NCBI RefSeq assembly: GCF_002571385.2
Contig: NW_019217823.1
Coordinates: forward strand, 306,035-370,034
From: Stylophora pistillata
Taxonomy: Eukaryota
Direction of reading: 5' to 3'
DNA: 64,000 nt
Each line of letters opens with the position of its first letter. Within the stretch, counting starts at the first letter, position 1. A model generated the notes under the pieces. That model had not been told where the DNA came from, made no database searches, and worked only from the letters and a program-made list of their open reading frames with translations. Position numbers and translations under genes: made by a program. Shown piece by piece: positions 35,607 through 50,600 of this stretch.

Positions 35607-38600
35607 ATGGAAGGACATGGCGGTAAGTTCTCATTATAAAACCGAATCCTCGATGTCTTTTCTCAGTCATTCTTATTCAAGCGGACCCAAATACGAAGTT
35701 TTAAGCGTTTATTTGGATTTTAAGAGTCTTGTTTAAGCGAACAATCTCAAACGTGATATTGTGCTCTAAAAATCTCACTTCCCCTTGGATTGAGCTATTA
35801 GTTTCTGCACTCACAAGCTCGAGTGTTAACTGTATCATAATAAATGTAGTTAGCAGTTTGAAAGATTCACAATTTCCAAATTCTCCCGACAGTAATTCAT
35901 GGTTAACAATAAAGTAAAATCGATCATCTTTAGAAACTATATTAATTGATCTAGAAACTAGCGATAACTCATGCCTTGTATCTCATGTTTATTTGGCTTT
36001 ATCGCTTATTTCGCGCATCATTGAATATAATCTCAACAAGTTTGTTACGCATAGCTCTAAAACCTTTTAAGCAAGACTTTAAAAGAAGAAAAGATTTGAA
36101 GATAAGAAAAGATTTCTTCAAATTTTCCTTCTAGGAATTTTAACGGCAGTTACAATGGCCAAAATTGCTACTTCTTAATTTGCGTTATCAAATAATTATA
36201 GCAGTGCTTGCAGTTTGGTTTGTGACAGTCAGCACTTCCGACACCAAAGAGAAAGAGAAACTCGATAACATTCCATCACATCCCGCCCGGATCAAGGGAA
36301 AAGTCCCCCATTATAGGACTTCCTCTCTAACCTTGACATTAAAATCAGTAGTCTTACTTGAATTAGTATTAATAGATTGTTTAGAAAAATTAAGTCAACC
36401 CTGACACTGACGCTTCTGAAGCTCTCGGGGACTTAACCGTATGTTTTATTTACCTTCTGCTCAACGAAGGGGTGCAGTAAAGGAATTTACATGAAAGCTA
36501 AAAATTATCGAGACGTTTCGCACCCAGTTGTTCAATCGACTCGTACTCAAGCTTGAGTCGGTTCGTGCTCAAACCGCGGGTCGATTCGTACTGAAACCCC
36601 TGTCTTTGAAATTAATGGATCAACAGGAAAGAACATCGTGTAGTGACATCAATGCAGTCAAAATGAGATATTCTCCAATAGTAATGTTTGCAACATTTGT
36701 GCAATGAAAGAAGCGTGAGATATTCCCAATGAAAAGTTTAACTCGCACTCTCTATTATTTATTTTAAGTATTCAAGCAGACTTCGGCTGCACCGACTGTT
36801 TATGTTAACTACATCACGAAAATATCAGGGAGCGGTGCCACAGCTGTAGGACCAGGCGCTCAAGTTAATAATTTTCAGACAGTTCCATCAAGAGGTATTT
36901 ACATAATTGTGCATGCGACTGTTCCATTATCAACTTGCTGATAGAAGTAAGAAGCTCTTCCAATGTGTTTAACTTAGCCTTACCTATTCTGCTTTCAAGA
37001 CTGATAAACGCGCAGCATGATAAAAAGGGACATGAAAGAAGTCATAAAGTACAGCTTTCGGATGAATGCTTGCCCTTTATTTTCGCACCAACAAAATATA
37101 GGTGGCTTTATGTATTATGAATATGAATTGCTTGTGATTATTAGGTATGGTGCTTATTACCCATTATGTTAATTAAGTGGTCACACTACAACTATAAATC
37201 ATCCAGAGGTTTATTTGTTAAAAATTATTATTAATAAATTTTCAACAATTCTTCCAGGTTCAAAATAATCTCAGGACACGACAATAACCTCTTAACAACT
37301 ATCTATATCATTTTAAAAACCTTCCTTCATTAGCACTGAAGACTATATACAATTAACCACGGATATTACTCTGAAATAGCAGTTGAAGTTGAAGTCGAAA
37401 GCAGAGATTCTTACTTGCTACTAAAATGCCCAATGTGGATATTTTTAGTTGAAAAGACGGATATTAAGATCCTCAGGCAAATTTAAATACTAGGAATCGT
37501 AATTAAACGAGAAAAGTAACCACTTTGGCTATAGGTTTCATCCTTTACCAAACCCTAGACTTGTAAAACTTGAATTCAGATTTTTCTCATTTGAACATTT
37601 CCATATAGAGGATATCCGTGTTCATCCAAATGACGCGAATGTTAGCCATGGAGGTGCAAGAAACATTAACGTTGGGCGAGAGGAGCAAGTATATCAGGAT
37701 ACGTACACATACGAAGGGGCCAGACCAGGAAGAAGATCTTCCGCGTCTGAAAGGAACCCAGGCAGTTATTGCCTTCCCAACGTCACAGAAGAATATTATC
37801 AGCAGCGGTTCGGCTCAAAGTGGACGCCGAAGCCAACTAAATTCATCGATAGACAGCAAGGTAAAATTTTAAATGAGCCTTGGTAAGAGCCTAAAGTCAA
37901 GTGAGAAAATATGGTCGAGTTGTTGTAAATCGTTTAAACCAAATCACCTCAATTTTTCCTTTTTACTTCCTTTCCCTGCTTTCTATATTTTTTTTAGAGT
38001 GAAGCCTATTACTATGGTAATGCTGATCCCACCCTTTGTTTGGGATTATTATTGGCCGTGTGAGTCACACAATATATGATGAAAAAACAGGAAGGATTCA
38101 AATTTACCATTTACTTTCGTTTTCGTTAGATTGTGCAGATGAAACTTTGTCTAAAGAATCATTTCTACAAGATGTCGATAAATCTCTGAAAGAATTTGAA
38201 AGTTCAGGTGGACCGCTGAAGGAACAAAAGAAAGAGGTCATACTACTGCAGGTCCTGCCTTATCTTGAACAATCGTGGAGAAAAGCGTCTTCACAAAAAA
38301 TGGACGCGTACATGATCCTTGCCAAACTAAGCAGTTGCAAAAGCTGTGGTGAAGTTGCAAAGCATGCTTTGCAGCAGTTTCAGTATCTGCTCTTTAGAGA
38401 TAACCTGGACAGCTGCAAGGAGAGCTTGCTAAAAGTGGAAAAAATTGTGAGATCTTCCATCATCTCTTCAGACGCAGTATTCAAGGAAGAAGCAGACTCT
38501 GCGCGCGAAGTGAGACTGTCTGTGTACAAGCGCATTCTATCCCTAATATGCATTCACCAAATTCAGGCAAGTTTCTCCACAGTTGACTTCAAACAAGATT

Positions 38601-41600
38601 TGAAAAAACTGCAACAAGACCTGAAACAATACTGCACTCAAATCTGCTACAAAAAGAAGAATTATTTCCGTTACTCCATGGAGTTCATCCAGGGGGCAAT
38701 CTCCTACTTGTTGAGGGGGTCCAGTAGAGCGACTGCGACAAACTTGGGCGACTGTCTCGACAACTGCCGTTCTTTGCTAGAAGACCAGGAATCTGATGTT
38801 ATGCAAGAGTTTCCTGAGAAACTCAAGAAAATTGTAAAGAAAGCAAAAGCGGGAGATTGGTTTGACCTTCACTGCGTTCTGTGTTATCTTCACGGAAAGG
38901 TGTGCGTTCCTTTACACGGCTGCATGCTTGTTCTTGTATCAGACCGTAGTTCGCAGCATTCGTCTGTCTGTATATTTTTCTGTCTTTCAGTGTTTCCATC
39001 AGTTCGCTGTCCATCTCGCTATTCTCCCGTTTCCATCCATATTTGAGTTATGGATGCACTTGGGAGGTTTGCTTAACACTCAAGAAGCTAGAGTCGCTCT
39101 CGGCTATCGCCTCGAGCGACTCTTATGCTTCCTTCGTGCTTAGTAACCTCCCGCGTGCATCCATAACTCAATAGTGTACGCTGTGGTGTTTACCATTCGT
39201 ATCCGAATGACCTATAACTTTATCATTTCAGGTGCATAGTGAACGTCCTACCCCAGAAATGTGTATCGAAAGGCAAGCCTTAATTCTTTTCAGGCGTATA
39301 GTTGAAGCCTATCAAGAAGGAGGCGGAAGAGACGACTGGAGGTTTTGCCTGTTGGTAGGCTCTCTTCTCTCAGACATTGTTATGAACAACATGACGAAAG
39401 GTATTCCGGCACCCAGTCAAAACTGTTAAGTTTGTTGTAGTCTCGTTCATTTACACCATTTAAGCACATCTTAAGCATATTTTTCTTTGAACAAATTTAT
39501 ACTGACATCAGTCTTTTTTTGTTACCAAGAATTACGAATCGAAGCAGGTGGCTGTATGATAAATCTTCTAAAGGACAAAAAGCTTCAGAAGAAACCAGAA
39601 TGCAGGGTTATCCTCGAACGTGTGTCGTCTGAAATGCTATTCAGTCCTGATCCTGTCACAAAGATGCTTTTCGCCAACCAACTCCTTGAAAATCAAAGTT
39701 TCCAACAGCCCCTTCCTGAGGACCTCCACGTTCAACATCTTAGGAATCGCTACCGAAATCAGACACTAGAAATCAATAAGCCAACTATTAGCCAAGGACA
39801 GAAGTATTTTGTTAAGCATGGTATGTTTCAAGGGAAGGAGGTGATTGTGAAAATTCTTTACGTCACAAAACAAGATATCTTGGCCAGTGATTCTCCCAAC
39901 CATTCAAGAAAGAGAGAAAAGATCATCTCTGAAGCCTACAGCCTACGTCGCCTGCGCTGCTTCAATCACCCAAACATTGCTATTCTGCTCGGCTGTAACA
40001 CTAAGAGTCTACCTTATCACGTCATCACAGAATACGAGAGAAACGGCAACCTACTTCACTTCGTTCAAGCTTCACGACGGAACGATGAGCTCCTACCGAC
40101 GGCTATGTTACTTGAGATGCTCCTTAACATAATTGAAGCTCTTCTGTTTTTGGAGAATCACGGTCTGGTACATCGCGCTCTGATGGCTGAGAACATCCTT
40201 GTGGGAGATGATTACCGATGCAAGTTAAGTGGCATGCATGCATTACGAAAACTTCAAAAAGGAACCGCTGAGGATGGTAAGCCGTCAATTGATAGTTCTG
40301 CAGCTAGTAGACTTCACGGTGATCCAGAAAAGAATGCATTCTCTCTAGGCCCAAAAATTGACCTTAAACCATGTTCAAACCAGATTTAAAAGTTTTCCTC
40401 ATGATTTTATGCTGAGGAATGTTCTAATGGCGTGACGTGGTTTTCCACTGAATTTTTGGCTAAATGTTTGCTTGATGAAACCATCCCACTCCACTCAGAA
40501 TTCCTGAAGGTTATCGACGTAGATTAAAAATGATTCTTTAATTCAGTTACCTACGATGGACTATAATTCAACCTATACTGACGAGGGATAAGTCCGGCGC
40601 TTTGTGACGCCAGAGTACACTCCCTGAAATAGTGGACAAAAGTTTCACTCAAAATTCATGCTTCATTTTACTACTGGGGCAATAATCCTGAAATTCATGA
40701 ACTTGCAATGACATTTGTAATTTTTTTTTATCAAGGTCGCAATAACGACGAAATGTACGACTACTGTACGTCCGATGAATGTTGCCTGGAAGTTGTATGC
40801 GATGATGATGGAGATGAATCTGTAAGGTCGAAAGCACCAGAGTGTATTTTGAAAAAGAGCTACAGCACTGCCTCTGATGTGTGGGCCTTTGGTGTACTCA
40901 TGTACGAGGTTTTCACATATGGATGCCGCCCATACAGAAACATTCCAGGCGATAACGATGTTGCTAAACATGTAAGTGCTGTAATTTTTGTTTTAAGGCT
41001 AGAAAAAGTCACCTTCCAAGTAATAGAGCAGTCAGTGAATCTGTTTGGATCATATTAAAGAAATAGCACAAAAGCAAAGGGGAACAGTAGCTTACGGTTT
41101 ACAAAGGTTTAGTGCTCTTTTGTTAGGAACCCTACCACTGCTGAATGCCAAAGTGTTGAACTACCTAAGGACTACAATTGATTAAGATGGATAGAAATTC
41201 TACTTGGACTGTATATTAGACACGTTACTAAGAAGAAGCTTATTTTGCAGGTTGCATACAATAACGGTATGCCACCATGTGAGTCGTGCTTCCAGGATGA
41301 AGAATTTGCATTAATGAGGAAGTGTTGGGAACGGAACAGATCAAGGAGGATTACACTTTGCAGTTTAAAAGGGGGGTTGCAAAAGTTGCATGAGATCGCA
41401 ATGGACCCAGAATCAGGTAACTATATCTTATGAGTAAAACGATCAGTTTTGAAGGATCACTGCCAAACGAAATAAATAGAAACACGGCGATTTTTTTAGG
41501 TATAAAACCATTCTTCATAAGAATGAAGTGGGACTACACTGCAGTATCTCATGTTAAGGTTTGCCACGTTCTTTTTTTTTTTTTTTTTTACAATGATGAA

Positions 41601-44600
41601 CGTTCCATTTTCAATACCTTACAGAAGAGAAACCAAGAGATAACCCACCACCGCTGGACATTTGCATCAATGACGTAAGTGCTGAATCCCGATGTTAGTT
41701 TTCAAAGCGTTTTTTGTACACGAATGACACACGTTAAGTTATAATTTTTTCTCTGGCACAGAATGAGCTCAGCACGTCAGCCAGTCTCTGAGTCATACAA
41801 TCAATTGATCACTCAATCAGCAAATACAGAAAAAGATGATCATCTCAATTGCATTAAAATCTAAATATACCGAGGAGTACTGATCTGGACCATAAGGACG
41901 CAGTCAATGAGCCATAAAAGGCGCTCAGATCAACTAGGAGGGACCAGCGCTTTGAATAGGCCTAGAACCCCCTTTGACATCCTGAAATAAATTATGTTTT
42001 GCATCGAAACCTTTATAAAGAAACTTTCTATTCAGCTTCAGTCGTATTTTTTTCTCTAATTTTACCAGAGCTGATGTGTGCAGTTTGCAAGTTCTCCATA
42101 GCTTTATCGAGTCATTAATTTTTCTCTTTAGAAATTTTGCCAATGTGATGAAAAAGGTGATGATGCACCCACAAGATATAATGAAGAGGTTAGTGGGACC
42201 ATAACGAAAATTTCTCATAAAAAACATTCTTTAAAGGTAACAAATATGCCCCATGCTCGTGACAACGCTTGGCGAAAATAAATACTACACAATAACTTGT
42301 ATGCGTCCAGGTTCCTTTATTCTTGTAAACAACGACCACGACGATTTACATACGAGGATCTATCCGGCGATGATTCGAAGTTATTGCTTCTTACAGGAAA
42401 GCCTAAAAATACTTAACTGAAAACTAAACTCGGCAAAAAAACGGCAAAAACACGAGCAACGCAAATGGCATGGGAAACTGCGCTAAGTATTTTGTCAGCG
42501 ACATTATACACTGTAAATAACAAAGGGTGTTGGCCTTTTTAGGATGGTCCTTTGGTAAAGGAGAAGATTACAAATGCAGACAAAAATCACTTGAGAAGGC
42601 TATTCAAACTGAACACCCCGCCAACTCTCGCAAAGATTTCGAAGATAGACAACTTGGACTCTCATTATCCAGTTGTGGAGATTGTAAGTAACACGTAAAT
42701 GAATTATAAATATAGTTAAAGTGTATCATAAATACTTTTGTTCTTGGGCCATCATAATTTGATCAAAAATAAGACACAAACGGCAGTGATAGTTAAAGCA
42801 GAAGAGAGTACACAATAAAGCGATATTCATCCTAATGTCAAACGGTTGCATAGTAAAACAATTGCTTGACGTGCATAGTTATGGTGATTGTGCCCATTGG
42901 AAGAAGACATTGTTCGCGCTCAATCGAAGTATCGAATATATTACAACTAGGGACGTAACCATTTGTTCGACTGGCTGTTCCCTAAGAAAGTTCCATTTGT
43001 AAGCCCGGTCCTATTGGCGTACAGGCTGGCTACCCAACTATGAACAGTACTAGTCGAAGAGGGCATTCTTAGAGCTAAGCTGGAGTATCAGTTACATTAG
43101 AACTGATACACGTTATTAAGCGTTTGAATACATCCAGGTGTACTTCAGGAAACATCTTTTCATTCATAACAATTAGTTAATATCATCACAGAGAATTATG
43201 GTCATTATCAGGGGAGGACGCATGCTCTAATTTCCCTATAATTCCTCTTTTGACAGATATCGACGGACCCTCCTCTTGGAAACCTCAAAGATTATGTTCT
43301 GAACAGACGATGTCAGCTTGGTGACATTGTTGTGTTCCTTTCACAAGTGGCCTCTGCCTTGCACTTTCTCCACGTAAATCACATCGTTCATGGAGATCTA
43401 CGAGCCGAATATGTCAATGTTGTAGCACCGGACAAGGTAATTATAACATAACCAAAGTAAAGTGCGCGCTCTGATTGGTCAATTCAGCGTCCACCATTTG
43501 CCCATGGGTGTACGCTGCTGACGTGAGCAAATGCAAAGACTATTTTTCCGCGCGCGCTTGTTTTTTCTGGTCACGTAAGATTTTTTAAATTAAAGGGAAC
43601 TCTTTAGCTACAATGTATCAATGTTATGTTATGAAACAAATGGTAAACACCACAGCGTACACTATTGAGTTATGGATGCACTTGGGAGGTTTGCTAAGCA
43701 CTCAAGAAGCTAGAGTCGCTCTCGGCTATCGCCTCGAGCGACTCTTACGCTTCTTTCGTGCTTAGCAACCTCCCGCGTGCATCCATAACTCAATAGTGTA
43801 CGCTGTGGTGTTTACCATTTGTTTTATAACATAACATTGATACATTGTAGCTAAAGAGTTCCCTTTTATTTAACAAATCTTACGTNNNNNNNNNNNNNNN
43901 NNNNNNNNNNNNNNNNNNNNNNNNNNNNNNNNNNNNNNNNNNNNNNNNNNNNNNNNNNNCATCAGTTTCAAACTTTTGGTATACAAAATGGTTAAGACAG
44001 CAAGCTCAGGATATGTCATGATCAGAATCGCTGTGAATTCATTTGTTATTCTTGTATCCATTGATCGAGGGGATCAAAATGTAAATCCTGTTTTAGTGGC
44101 ATATAAGAGTTTATCCATGCACGGTCGCAGATGAAATTAGACCTGTTGTATATGTCAACATTATGATATTTTTTGAAGACATATCGTACAGATTGAGGAA
44201 AAGGAAGCGGCGAGAAGTGACTCTTAGTCCTTTGATCGTTTTGTTGACTTCATCTTCCCATTAGGTCCTTCAGTTTGCAAAAATTCAAGACCGAAGCGAA
44301 AGACCGAAGGCTGTCATACCTAATGCATGAATCGCTCTAGGCGAGATTTAAGTTGCTGATCATTGACAAAAGCAAAAACGAAAAAAGGAACGAAACTTAC
44401 GGATTCTCTTTCGAATTCCTTGACGTCGAAAGCGTTCAGCATAGATGAAAGGTGAAACTTTTTCTTTAGCTTCCGCTGTAGCGGACAATATTGCGTAGCG
44501 AAGCGACAAAAACAGCGTGACCAACCCACCATCTAATGGCTGCTACGTCAAGATGATTTGCGTCCGTACGACAACAGGCCCCCCGTGGTTGTAAAGAAGA

Positions 44601-47600
44601 GAGACCTTGGTAACGAGATTGAAATATTTGGAGCGTCGTCAATTTTCTTGTTGAGGTGTAAGAAGGCGTTTAATACAGAAAAAAAATGAAACTTTTTCTT
44701 TCGCTTCCGAAATGGCAGACATATTCTGTGGCGAAGTGCCAAGAACTGGGTACGTGACCAACAAGCCATGTATTGGCTGCTACGTCAAGGTGATTTGTGT
44801 CGGTAGCTACGACAAAAGGTACCCCCACGAAAGTTGGTAAGAATAGAGAGTCTGGTGACGAGATTAGGACGTTTAATTGTCAAGGTGTATGTAGCAATAC
44901 AACCCTAACTTGCGTAAATTCAATAACGTCTTTATCCTTCTTGTGTGGTCGAAGGCTGCTTTTTATGGACTCGGTGAGTTTGGGTCCTATACCCACAATA
45001 ACATCAGCAGTCTTGCTCAGATCTACCTCGAGTTCGTGCTTCTTTTCGCCGTCCGTCATCTCATGCCGACCTTTCTTGAACATCGCAATCTCTTCACTTG
45101 AGGTGTGCACAACGTGCACTCGTTTGCATTTCCGTTTCTTCGCTAAGACATTAGCTGGTGTTCCCAACTTGTGTCCATGACCCATTACTACGTCGATTTC
45201 ACATTCATCGGGTGGATAAGACAACGATTGGATACCTTCAATACCAGTCATTTTATCGACCTTGGTAAGGTTTACTCCATGATTTAAGGCGTCTTCCTTT
45301 TCCCTCTCAGTGTACTCTGGCACAATCAAGGTCACCGATACATCACGCTGTTTAGCCAGTCCTTTGCATAGCTCTCTGTTAAGGGTTGACAGTCCACCTT
45401 TTGATGAACGCCACTCATCCANNNNNNNNNNNNNNNNNNNNNAAAAAAAATTACACGCTTCTGAATTGCTGAAAACGGGTGCAATTCTCATGCAACACGA
45501 GTGCAAAGTTTTAACACGAGTGCAAAATAGCGCGGCGCACTGTCAAGACTTCGTCTGTCTTCACCTTCTCTGACGCTTTTTTCATGTAAATATTTAACAA
45601 GTAATAACATGATTTCGAGTGCAATTTGGTGTAAATAAGCACTTTTCAATTTTTTAAAGAATATAAATTGCACTCGCCCTACGAGCTTGTGCAATTTTGT
45701 TGTCTTCAAAAAAATTTATTCGTACTCGTTAATTCCAATTACATTCGAAATCCTGTCATTACCCATACAAAAGGGTAGGATGAAAATAACTTTTATCCTT
45801 TGTTTAAAATTACAATAAAAGAGTGAGCAACATTACAATTTAAGAGTAGGATTTAGCGGTGGAATTTCATTTTGATCGAAATATATTGAGATTCCGACGG
45901 ATTAGATTCTGCCGTAGGAAAACGAATTGAACGATTTGTGGAAGGTAGGAGATCTGGGGAAGGTAGGGGCGAAATTATTTGACTGCAGGGGGCAAACTCA
46001 CAAAGACGGTAAGGGGTGAACAATGAAGTGAAACATCCAGATACCCAGATGGACAAACATTTCTTAGACCCTTTTTTTTCTATCATCCGTGACAGATAAG
46101 TTGCAAATGGGTAATAGCTGGAGGTTTCCATTCTCTTAACATGATAACATACCCGTCGTCCACTGGTCCTACTGGTCGACATTTTCTTCACGGAGTCAAA
46201 CGAAGACCTAGGAATTAAAGACATAAACATTATCTCTCAGGATATTTCATTGACCTCAGGGTCAGGGATGATGAATACTCTGTTGTTTATATACACTGTC
46301 AGGCAGAATTATTAAATAAACTTCCCATCCCTACAAGTTAATGTAACTTTCGTGTGTCTGTGCTGTTTTATAAGTAAAAATTGTTATTGATTGAAGTCGA
46401 ATATTTTGAGAACAAGCGCAGAGTAAGTGCCTGTCGTAAAGACAAATTCATCTCTGTCTGAGTACGGCTTTGCTTTGCTGTGTCCGCTTCCGCTGTTTTA
46501 GGATTTCATGTTTTGTTGTCTGTGCTTGACTTTCTAAAAGGGTGAAAATTAATGGTTGTACTTAAGATGTGCGAGACAGTACAACTGAGTTTTGAACCGC
46601 TTGTAATCCAATATCTTTGTCGTTTGCAGAGATTTGAGGACAGAAAGTTAAGCAAAATGTCTAGGATCTTTGAGTATTGACCTTATTTCACCTTAATTAT
46701 TCAAGGTTTCTCAGAAATCAAACTTGGGGGCCGTTAGTTTCAATCGTTGTTGTCTGTTGTTTACTTTCTATGTGGTTCTCGGAAAGCGAGATAGATGATA
46801 GATGAAAATTAAAGGTTTTCACCCAAACTTATAGGATTTTTGGAATCGCTAGAAAAATCTGGCGTCATTCATAGCGTTTCCAGAAATGTGAATATAACGA
46901 GATTTGTTTTAAAATTTAAGCGGCATGTCACGCATTGTTCATTGGTCTTCTTTACGCTTCATTATCTAAGGTTAAGAGTAGCATTTTTCTCAAAAATCAA
47001 GCTTTTAAACGATTTCAAACTTTTAGCGACTGCCGTAAAATTTAAGAAAATGGTTAAGGCAGCAAGCTTGGGATACGTCATGATCAGAATCACTTCATGA
47101 ATTCATTTGTTATCCTTCTATATGCCTATCCATGCCGTTGATGAGAATGAGGGGATTATGTGTATGCGTTCACCCGCAAGACTGAATTCAGATTTGCTGC
47201 AAATGTGATCATGAAAATGTCTTTTCAAGACATTTCGTAAAGGTTGGGGAAAAGGACAGCGGCAAGGACTGACTCTTAGTCATTTGAAATTTTGACCGGC
47301 TGCGACATACTCATTGGGTCCTTAAGTCTGCGAAGAATCAAGGCAGAAAACAAGATAGTCATACCTAATGAATGAATTGCTCTCTAGCCTACTATTTAGT
47401 TGCTAATCATTGATAAGAAGGGAAACAAAAGAAGGAAAAACTTACGGATTCTCTCTCGAATTCCTTTACGTCGTAGGTGTTCAGCACTAGACAAGGATGA
47501 AACTCTTCCTTTCGCTTCTGTAATGGAAAAGAGCCTTGAAGCATCAGGTAAGACGTGACCGGCAATTTGCCCCAAGAAGCGGTGAGTAGAGAGACCCTGG

Positions 47601-50600
47601 GTCATACCGTGACGTCATAGTATTTATCGTATTACAGTATATGTAACTTGATTTGAGAACGATTAGTTGAGTTTGTGAACGTACTTGTTTTGGATATTCT
47701 TATGAGAACTAGAGCCACCGGAATATTGGTATATAAATTCATTTCATATTGTTTCTCTTTTGTATATTCTGTTACTTTTCGAAGTACATCAAATCAGCGT
47801 TTTGTGATTCATTTCAGTTGAACTTTTGCTTAATATGAAACCAAAGTGTTTAATGTAAATGAGCGCGACAACGAGCGTTTGAATTAGTTTGTCCAAAACG
47901 TTAACACTGTGAATGAGATTGAAAAGTTTTGATCATCGTCTTTTACTTGATTCTATGAACCACACATGTCACGCGACGAAGGCAGACGTAAAAGGATTTC
48001 AGAATGTAGGTCTGTTGTACTTAAATTCAAATTACCGGTTGACTGAAATTGGGAATAAAATCTCTTTGAGTCTAAGTTCATACCAGAACTCAAGTTATAT
48101 TTGACTGGTCCTGAGATCAGCTGTAATTGACTAAGGCGATGAGTGCAAGGCAGCCAGCAGTCTTACCGTAAATATCTTGAACAAAAGCTCATCTTTCAAA
48201 CCGGCAGTCTAAATCCCACAGGGATCAACGAACGCTTTTCATTCCACTAATTTATTCATGTTTGTCTCGTTGCCATGTTCCCANCATTGGAAGAAGACAT
48301 TGTTCGCGCTCAATCGAAGTATCGAATATATTACAACTAGGGACGTAACCATTTGTTCGACTGGCTGTTCCCTAAGAAAGTTCCATTTGTAAGCCCGGTC
48401 CTATTGGCGTACAGGCTGGCTACCCAACTATGAACAGTACTAGTCGAAGAGGGCATTCTTAGAGCTAAGCTGGAGTATCAGTTACATTAGAACTGATACA
48501 CGTTATTAAGCGTTTGAATACATCCAGGTGTACTTCAGGAAACATCTTTTCATTCATAACAATTAGTTAATATCATCACAGAGAATTATGGTCATTATCA
48601 GGGGAGGACGCATGCTCTAATTTCCCTATAATTCCTCTTTTGACAGATATCGACGGACCCTCCTCTTGGAAACCTCAAAGATTATGTTCTGAACAGACGA
48701 TGTCAGCTTGGTGACATTGTTGTGTTCCTTTCACAAGTGGCCTCTGCCTTGCACTTTCTCCACGTAAATCACATCGTTCATGGAGATCTACGAGCCGAAT
48801 ATGTCAATGTTGTAGCACCGGACAAGGTAATTATAACATAACCAAAGTAAAGTGCGCGCTCTGATTGGTCAATTCAGCGTCCACCATTTGCCCATGGGTG
48901 TACGCTGCTGACGTGAGCAAATGCAAAGACTATTTTTCCGCGCGCGCTTGTTTTTTCTGGTCACGTAAGATTTTTTAAATTAAAGGGAACTCTTTAGCTA
49001 CAATGTATCAATGTTATGTTATGAAACAAATGGTAAACACCACAGCGTACACTATTGAGTTATGGATGCACTTGGGAGGTTTACTAAACACTCAAGAAGC
49101 TAGAGTCGCTCTCGGCTATCGCCTCGAACGACTCTTACGCTTCCTTCGTGCTTAGTAACCTCCCGCGTGCATCCATAACTCAGTAGTGTACGCTCTGGTG
49201 TTTACCATTTGTTAATTGTGGTCTAGTGACTAAACATCTGCAATAACCAGGGTTTTAAGCTTTATCACTTGTTCTGATAATGTGCAAGTGATGCAGCCAC
49301 AAACTGTCCAAATATTTAGGTAGAAATAGAACGAAAGTGACACCAGCCTTTTTAATTATGTGCAAGTTTGGTCCAGTTTGGTTTTGCTAAGTTATTGTTA
49401 TTTTTTTTTTTATTTGTTTGTTTCTTTGATGTACAAGAGGGCGATGAACATTTTCATTTAATCCAGGGAATAAAGGGTCTGTAATTCTGTAATATATGTA
49501 CTCTTCAGCTTTTGTCGCCTTGCATGATTTCTATTTACTTTGTTTTTTTTGTGTTTGTTTGTTCCTTTGTCGAGGGCATTATGGGATTTTCTTGATGCTG
49601 TCAAGTAATTAGGCTCAATTTCAAACACACTATCATTCTAAAGGACCTCCTGACTCTGATTTTGCGTTTCTCTTTTTCGTTTCATGTTTTACTTCGTTTT
49701 GTGTTTGGCTATACCCCCTTGTGTTGTACATGTTTTATTGTTCTTGTTGTTGTTGTTTATTCCATGTAAAACAGTGGGAATATTTTTTGTTGTTTTTTGA
49801 AAACAGCATATTTAGCTTAAGGTAGCATTGGGTGAATACTAGAACAAAAACTAATAGAATATAAGAACTAAAGAATGGTATTAATAAAAAATGTTTAAAG
49901 ACTTTCTTTAAATTTGTTACTCACAAATTGACAGAGACTTCATGATCCATTGCAGGTTGAAGTAACCCGTTTTGGTCGCTCCTTGCTTTTACCAAAAAGG
50001 GCGAATGAAAGCACTTCTGCCTCATGTGTAGTTCAGCGTAATATGCCACCTGATGCAACGCGATGGTAAGTAGCTCACAACGAGACAACGGAATATGTAC
50101 AAAGTATCAAGTCGTACTGCATTGAAAATAACAATTAAATTTTCAGACAGCGGTATTCATGAACTGTAGCGAACGCATCTAGGTGTTGGACTAAGTGATG
50201 TATGAGAAAGGGAATGAAAAGCATCCGCTATGAATTGTACTGCTGATGGAACATTAAATTCTTAATCACAGAGGTAACTTCATGCTTGAATACTCCGAAT
50301 TTCTTCTTCTGCGCGTAGCTTTTATCTCAATAATAATTTCATGTCCATTTCATTTTGCAAGAGTTTGGCCTTCAGACATTCACAGAGTTGTTTGCGCGTC
50401 GGAATATTTAGAATTTTAATTGGAAATACAACCTACTTTGTTCCTTAGAATCGAAAAACAGACCGCATTCAATAAAACCCAGAACAAAGTTACTCGCATT
50501 ATTTTTCGAACTCTTTACAATACAAAAGTCAATATGCTTTGTACCCAAGAATTGCAGGTACAAAGCAAAGTTTCGTCGATAAGTCTGAGCGTATTTTGCA

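Noticed and set aside
36165-36404. ORF resembling a signal peptide for gene C
   Set aside because: Non-ATG start, no convincing donor in a compatible phase, and no counterpart in the paralogs.
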